NCBI GenBank assembly: GCA_011109175.1
Contig: RDEW01000042.1
Location: 68,504-132,503, forward strand
Reading direction: 5' to 3'
DNA: 64,000 nucleotides
DNA from: Dicyema japonicum
Lineage: Eukaryota > Animalia > Dicyemida
Every line of letters starts with the position of its first letter. Position 1 is the stretch's first letter. Below, in pieces: positions 62,651 through 64,000 of the stretch. The position numbers and the translations under genes are program-made. The notes beneath the pieces were generated by a model. That model ran no database searches, had not been told where the DNA came from, and saw nothing but the letters and a program-made list of their open reading frames with translations.

Positions 62651-62964
62651 CTCAATAAAGATGAACGAGACAAAAGAGATGAACTCCTTACGAATTAGAA
62701 ATCCCTTGTTTTACTTAAACTGTTTAATATTGTAGTGCCATGTGGTCCACGTGTCTAAGGTTTGCTACGTTCATTAATTGCATCAAATAGAGTATTAAAC
62801 CGTTCCTGTTGGATCGTTCCTTATTTGAATTCCAAAAGAACATTAGTTTCCTCGCGTAATTAAAACCATTACCCACCTAACCAAACTCAATACCTGAAAA
62901 AATCCAAAAGTAAATCAAGTATCAGTAAATCATTAAAATTGTTAGTCGGATCACATTCGATAAT

Positions 62965-64000
62965 CTACGAATACCTCTCCACAATCATCGCATGTCCCTG
63001 CAGGTCCTTTACTCACAAAACCTGCCCTCCAGCCGCACAAGCAGACACCAATGCTAATCTTCCCTTCTCATCAATCAGTCTATTGGCCGCGTGGGTCACC
63101 AGTCGAACTCCCGTAGCACCGAATGGGTGACCAATCGACAGAGAGCCTCCCCACAGGTTCAGCTTCTCCATAGGGACCTCTCCCACCTTTCCAACTCCAT
63201 GAGCCCTTCCACAGAAGTAATCCGAGTCCATCGCCTTCATATTCGCCAGCAGTTGTCCCTAACAAAAATAACCTAAAAGAATCACAGCAAATGCTTCGTG
63301 GATCTCAAATACGTCGAAATCCGACAGTTTCTTCCCACAAGAGGACAGAAGTCGGGGATACAGTAAGCCGGACTGAAATCATGATAAACACAACCCCATC
63401 AAGAGCTCGTCCTTCGGGTCCTGGGCATAGAAGTTGTACTGTCTCAAATAAGCCTTGGGCTTCAATCCGAGGCTCAGAGCCTTCTCTTCCGACATCAGCA
63501 AACAGGCAGAGGCTCCGTCTGTGAGGAAGGACGAATTTGCAGGCGTGATTGTTCCGTGGGGCTTCACAAACGACGGTTTCAACTTTGCCATGCTCTCAAT
63601 TGAAGAAGGACGAACTCCATTGTCACACGTGGTCACTTTTTTGCTCCCTTATGAAAATTCATTCCAAAATCAACCCGCTGGCTGAAACACGTGCACGTCA
63701 GTCAATTTTCCGTCAGTCTGAGCCTTTGCTGCCAAGGAATGTGACCGATTGGCAAAGGAATCCTAAGCACGTGACAAAATGCCTGGCCTACCTGTTCTTG
63801 TCTGGAAACTGAGAATGCTGAAGCCAACCGATCAGCAGAGTGTCCCATCGTCTCTCCACTTGAGAATTCAGTCACAGCCGGTAACTGGGAGTCCAATTGA
63901 ATACGGTACCTCAGGATTCAGAATCTGGAGGGGGTTAAGGAGCTTCAAGGCCATGAGGTTTCTAACAAACTTGTTTTTGACCTTTGACATAGCCAGCATG
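62965..64000 (-). CDS. HADHB: Mitochondrial trifunctional enzyme beta subunit (3-ketoacyl-CoA thiolase), 3' part; 5' end lies outside the window. Exons 64000-63910, 63884-63792, 63762-63675, 63647-63395, 63372-63286, 63258-63022, 62997-62965
   Basis: Spliced translation gives [20 protein letters not shown]...[11 protein letters not shown]...[13 protein letters not shown]...[21 protein letters not shown]...[15 protein letters not shown]...[18 protein letters not shown], collinear with HADHB. Six GT-AG introns of 22-29 nt. One base is missing in the G-run at 63354-63357, giving a frameshift in exon 63372-63286. Confidence 0.95.

Noticed and set aside
62939-63812. Plus-strand and off-frame ORFs over HADHB in the ORF track
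   Set aside because: Antisense or alternate-frame shadows of a GC-richer coding region.

Overview
AT-rich eukaryotic (animal-like) DNA that is mostly a graveyard of nested transposable elements. These include I-group (Ingi/Vingi-like), RTE and CRE non-LTR retrotransposons, hAT elements with matching TSDs, and Helitron, Ginger-like, Tc1-like and gypsy relics. Two SINE-like families are present whose 3' tails match LINE ends in this same window. The only recognisable host sequences are the 3' part of HADHB at the right edge (minus strand, six introns of 22-29 nt, one 1-nt homopolymer frameshift) and two decayed, intron-containing copies of DHX8/PRP22. Introns this small with the standard genetic code suggest a compacted animal parasite such as a dicyemid or myxozoan; this is inference and was not determined. 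The most interesting signals are: (i) ultra-short introns whose 3n members all carry in-frame stops; (ii) a modular SINE system (tRNA head, two alternative structured cores, tails from two LINE clades); (iii) degenerate HDV-like ribozyme candidates; (iv) a 46-bp perfectly duplicated, possibly spliced-leader-like sequence. No rRNA, bona fide tRNA gene or CRISPR array was seen. All assignments come from manual translation and motif recognition, with no database searches; relic boundaries are approximate.
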